NCBI GenBank assembly: GCA_965235115.1
Contig: OZ249439.1
Location: 38,998,001-39,062,000, forward strand
Direction of reading: 5' to 3'
DNA: 64,000 bases
From: Laetmonice hystrix
Taxonomy: Eukaryota
Part shown: in pieces, positions 49,986-64,000 of the stretch
How positions within the stretch are numbered: position 1 is the first letter of the stretch
Layout: the number at the start of each line of letters is the position of its first letter
Translations under genes and position numbers: made by a program
Notes under the pieces: model-generated
Databases searched by the model: none
What the model saw: the letters and a program-made list of their open reading frames with translations, nothing else
Told to the model about the DNA's origin: nothing

Positions 49986-51907
49986 TATAATTCGTTGGGG
50001 GTGGGGGGGGGGGGGGGGTGGGGGGATCCGGGGTAAAATTTCCTGCCATCTGAGAGGGGCAATTGGTCATCACTGACATGTTGTTTTGGTACATGCTAAG
50101 GCAGGAAAGTGAAAAAAAAAAACATTGTGAAAAAGATTTTTTGTCATTCAACAAAAAGTAGGCGGCGGCAAAACTGGTTTTAGAGACAGCGTTTTGCCGC
50201 CGCAGGCCGGCTACTTTTGAGAGCCCTGAATATAACATAAGCGAGGTAGGCCTACGGCTAAGTATTGCCCTGTGGTGGGCAATTTTATTTGTTAATATCG
50301 AATGGAAGAATAATATCCCCTTCCAGTTCCAGAACGTTTTTTAATAGATGAATAGATATATCTACGGGATATGGTCGGTTCACCCAGGGTGTTATTCGCC
50401 CCACTTGGAAAGACGTTTCGCCCCATTGGTAGAACTAGAAGACAATTTGCCCCACTCGGAAAGTTGTTTCTGTCAATCAATAAAGTCTACGTCTTCATTG
50501 TCTCTTGACGGTATTCAGTCGTTTCGTAAACAAGTCGTTTCAACTTTCATGAACCGATCAAGGTGGGTCTGTAGTGTAGCGAGCTAATTACTAGCCGTGC
50601 TGTAGTGTAGGCGTGTGTAGGCAGACATGGTGAAATCTTTTGACGTTTCACTGGACAAATGTCCTGTGAATTTCTAAAATTCACCGGACATTGGGGCAAT
50701 TTACTGGACATTTACCTGACAATCAAGTCAAAACTAAAGGATCTGGACATGCCCTCTTTTGGGGCTGTGGTCCAGTACGTTAGTTTTTATTGTGGCCTGG
50801 CCTTCCTGGGCTTGGCCCCCTTTACATTATGATATCATCATGATCTTGAGCTGACCGTCATAGAAAAAACAGATAACACCCCCGGGAAAAACCGGTATTA
50901 TGGCGGACTTGTTTACCTTGCTTCGCTAACTGGTGATAGAACTTGTCAATTCATTGTGAAATCAGAGAAAAATTAGGGATTTTTACCACAAATTTAGGGT
51001 ACTAGATCGAAATACCGGACATTTTGTCCGGTGTTTTGCCAACATTTACCGGACATTGCGATTTTTTTTCGTCATTGTCCGAAGTCCGGTGAATGGGGTA
51101 CATTTGACGCATGCGCAATGGGGATTTCAAGTCAAATCCGCAAGGCGGCAGCACTGTGCAAGCAGTCCTTGCAGCAGTACGTTAGCATAAGGTTAGATAG
51201 GACGACGAAATGCTAATGTGCTGTAGGATGACCTAACCTAATCATTACTAAATACTATTAACTAATTTGGACTAAAGTGAATGAAAGAAGTTTAAAAATT
51301 GTCATACCTTTTTAAAACAAATGTCGGTAAGGCAACCAGCCACAGATTAGCAGATATCAGCCTATCTAATTCTATGCTAAAATGTCGCCTCCTGAACCGC
51401 TTGCACAGTGCTTCCACCATGCGGAAAAGGCGGCGACCATGTTCCCCATTTCAGCATGTCTGTGTAGGCCAAGGTAAGCACATGACTGGGGCTGGGTTGC
51501 TGTCCCTACCGTAGTACCGGGCTGCCGACATGGCACGCGCCGGTCATGCCAGTGGTGGTGGCGGGCTTCAAGTGAGCTCTGAGCAGGGAGCACTAACTAG
51601 GCTAAGCGACACCCCCCCCCCCAGCTCCCCCGACCATGACAGTGCCCCAGACTTGTCCTATCTCGATATTTGTCATTTCACAATCTTTATGTCTTTATAA
51701 ATATAGATATTAAACATATAGCTCTAGTTTTCAAGTCTGTATTCCCCTGTCTTATAAATGCCCTATAAGAAGCATGAAAACATGCTGGATCAAGGGGCAA
51801 CCTCCCCCAATATGGTATTGTTGGTAATGTTTGACACCCAGAGCACTGTTTATTTATATGTAATGGGACAGATTGTTTTTTTGACAGACGGAGACACGGA
51901 TCTGACA

Positions 51908-62233
<10,326 letters not shown>

Positions 62234-62482
62234 GTAAGCATGCCATATATTATTGAGAAAGGCAACTCAAAACATAAAATCGCAAGGGTTGGGGATCATC
62301 AAGATCTGTAAATTGGAGCAAAGGATGGAAAGACCAAGAGCTGGCCTTTTCCTTAAAGCAAATCACGATTATCTCTTATTTGATTGACTACAAAATGAAG
62401 ACAGGGAAATAAAATTCTTTGGGCGATGAACCGATGAATTTCATTGGCTGTTCAAGTCCATGCCAGGTCAACAATTTTGTCA

Positions 62483-64000
62483 ACAATCAGCCATAAGCTG
62501 ATTGGTTCAAGTGAAGCCCATACGAAGAGGGTTACTTTATTAATAGTTTATCAATGACAATCAGCCATAAGCTGATTGCTTAAAGTGAAGCCCATACGAA
62601 GAGGGTTACTTTATTGATAGTTTATCAATGACAATCAGCCATAAGCTGATTGGTTCGAGTGAAGCCCATACGAAGAGGGTTACTTTATTAATAGTTTATC
62701 AATGACAATCAGCCATACGCTGATTGGTTCAAGTGAAGCCCATACGAAGACGGTTACTTTATTAATAGTTTATCAATGACAATCAGCCATAAGCTGATTG
62801 GTTCGAGTGAAGCCCATACGAAGAGGGTTACTTTATTGAGAGTTTATCAATGACAATCAGCCATAAGCTGATTGGTTCAAGTGAAGCCCATACGAAGAGG
62901 GTTACTTTAGTAATAGTTTATCAATGACAATCAGCCATAAGCTGATTGGTTCAAGTGAGGCCCACACGAAGAGGGTTACTTTAGTAATAGTTTATCAATG
63001 ACAATCAGCCATAAGCTGATTGGTTCAAGTGAGGCCCATACGAAGAGGGTTACTTTATTGATAGTTTATCAATGACAATCAGCCATAAGCTGATTGGTTC
63101 AAGTGAAGCCCATACGAAGAGGGTTACTTTAGTAATAGTTTATCAATGACAATCAGCCATAAGCTGATTGGTTCAAGTGAGGCCCATACGAAGAGGGTTA
63201 CTTTAGTAATAGTTTATCAATGACAATCAGCCATAAGCTGATTGGTTCAAGTGAGGCCCATACGAAGAAGGTTACTTTATTGATAGTTTATCAATGACAA
63301 TCAGCCATAAGCTGATTGGTTCAAGTGAAGCCCATACGAAGAGGGTTACTTTATTAATAGTTTATCAATGACAATCAGCCATAAGCTGATTGGTTCAAGT
63401 GAAGCCCATACGAAGAGGGTTACTTTAGTAATAGTTTATCAATGACAATCAGCCATAAGCTGATTGGTTCAAGTGAAGCCCATACGAAGAGGGTTACTTT
63501 AGTAATAGTTTATCAATGACAATCAGCCATAAGCTGATTGGTTCAAGTGAGGCCCATGCGAAGAGGGTTACTTTAGTAATAGTTTATCAATGACAATCAG
63601 CCATAAGCTGATTGGTTCAAGTGAAGCCCATACGAAGAGGGTTACTTTAGTAATAGTTTATCAATGACAATCAGCCATAAGCTGATTGGTTCAAGTGAAG
63701 CCCATACGAAGAGGGTTACTTTAGTAATAGTTTATCAATGACAATCAGCCATAAGCTGATTGGTTCAAGTGAAGCCCATACGAAGAGGGTTACTTTAGTA
63801 ATAGTTTATCAATGACAATCAGCCATAAGCTGATTGGTTCAAGTGAAGCCCATACGAAGAGGGTTACTTTAGTAATAGTTTATCAATGACAATCAGCCAT
63901 AAGCTGATTGGTTCAAGTGAAGCCCATACGAAGAAGGTTACTTTATTGATAGTTTATCAATGACAATCAGCCATAAGCTGATTGGTTCAAGTGAAGCCCA
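62483..64000. repeat. Intronic tandem array, 74-bp unit, at least 20 copies, running off the window
   Basis: Unit contains CAATCAGCCATAAGCTGATTG...GAAGCCCATACGAAGAGGGTTACTTT. Confidence 0.97.

Noticed and set aside
49118-50036. GC-rich ORFs of 81-159 aa
   Set aside because: They lie inside a TIR-bounded MITE, have low-complexity Pro/Arg/Gly translations and show no domain motifs.
50615-51130. hAT-like element with CCGGACA subterminal repeats
   Set aside because: Likely a MITE remnant, but matching TIRs and a TSD could not be identified.
62483-64000. CRISPR-like array (regular repeats with a palindrome)
   Set aside because: Units are contiguous and near-identical with no unique spacers, no cas genes are present, and the context is a eukaryotic intron. 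The same applies to the arrays at 20130, 54912 and 60893.

Overview
This is eukaryotic (animal, probably marine invertebrate) genomic DNA, not prokaryotic; no CRISPR array or rRNA/tRNA gene was seen. Bases 1-51 kb are a dense nested transposon field. It holds an env-bearing Ty3/gypsy retrovirus-like element (1177-9770, ACAT TSD, F-type fusion env, TAATG pol/env overlap), further gypsy fragments (one with a chromodomain integrase), a solo LTR, and a non-autonomous LTR element carrying unknown ORFs. It also holds I-clade and CR1/L2-type LINE pieces, a DIRS element, MULE, Sola and Kolobok-like transposases, several MITEs (two with 6-bp TSDs) and a spliced OB-fold gene. From 51.9 kb to the end lie the first 8 coding exons of a type II membrane GH13 gene (SLC3A1/rBAT-like). 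It keeps all three glucosidase catalytic residues, and its exon 2 acceptor is tandemly amplified 10 times. All family assignments come from motifs recognised by eye; no database search was run.
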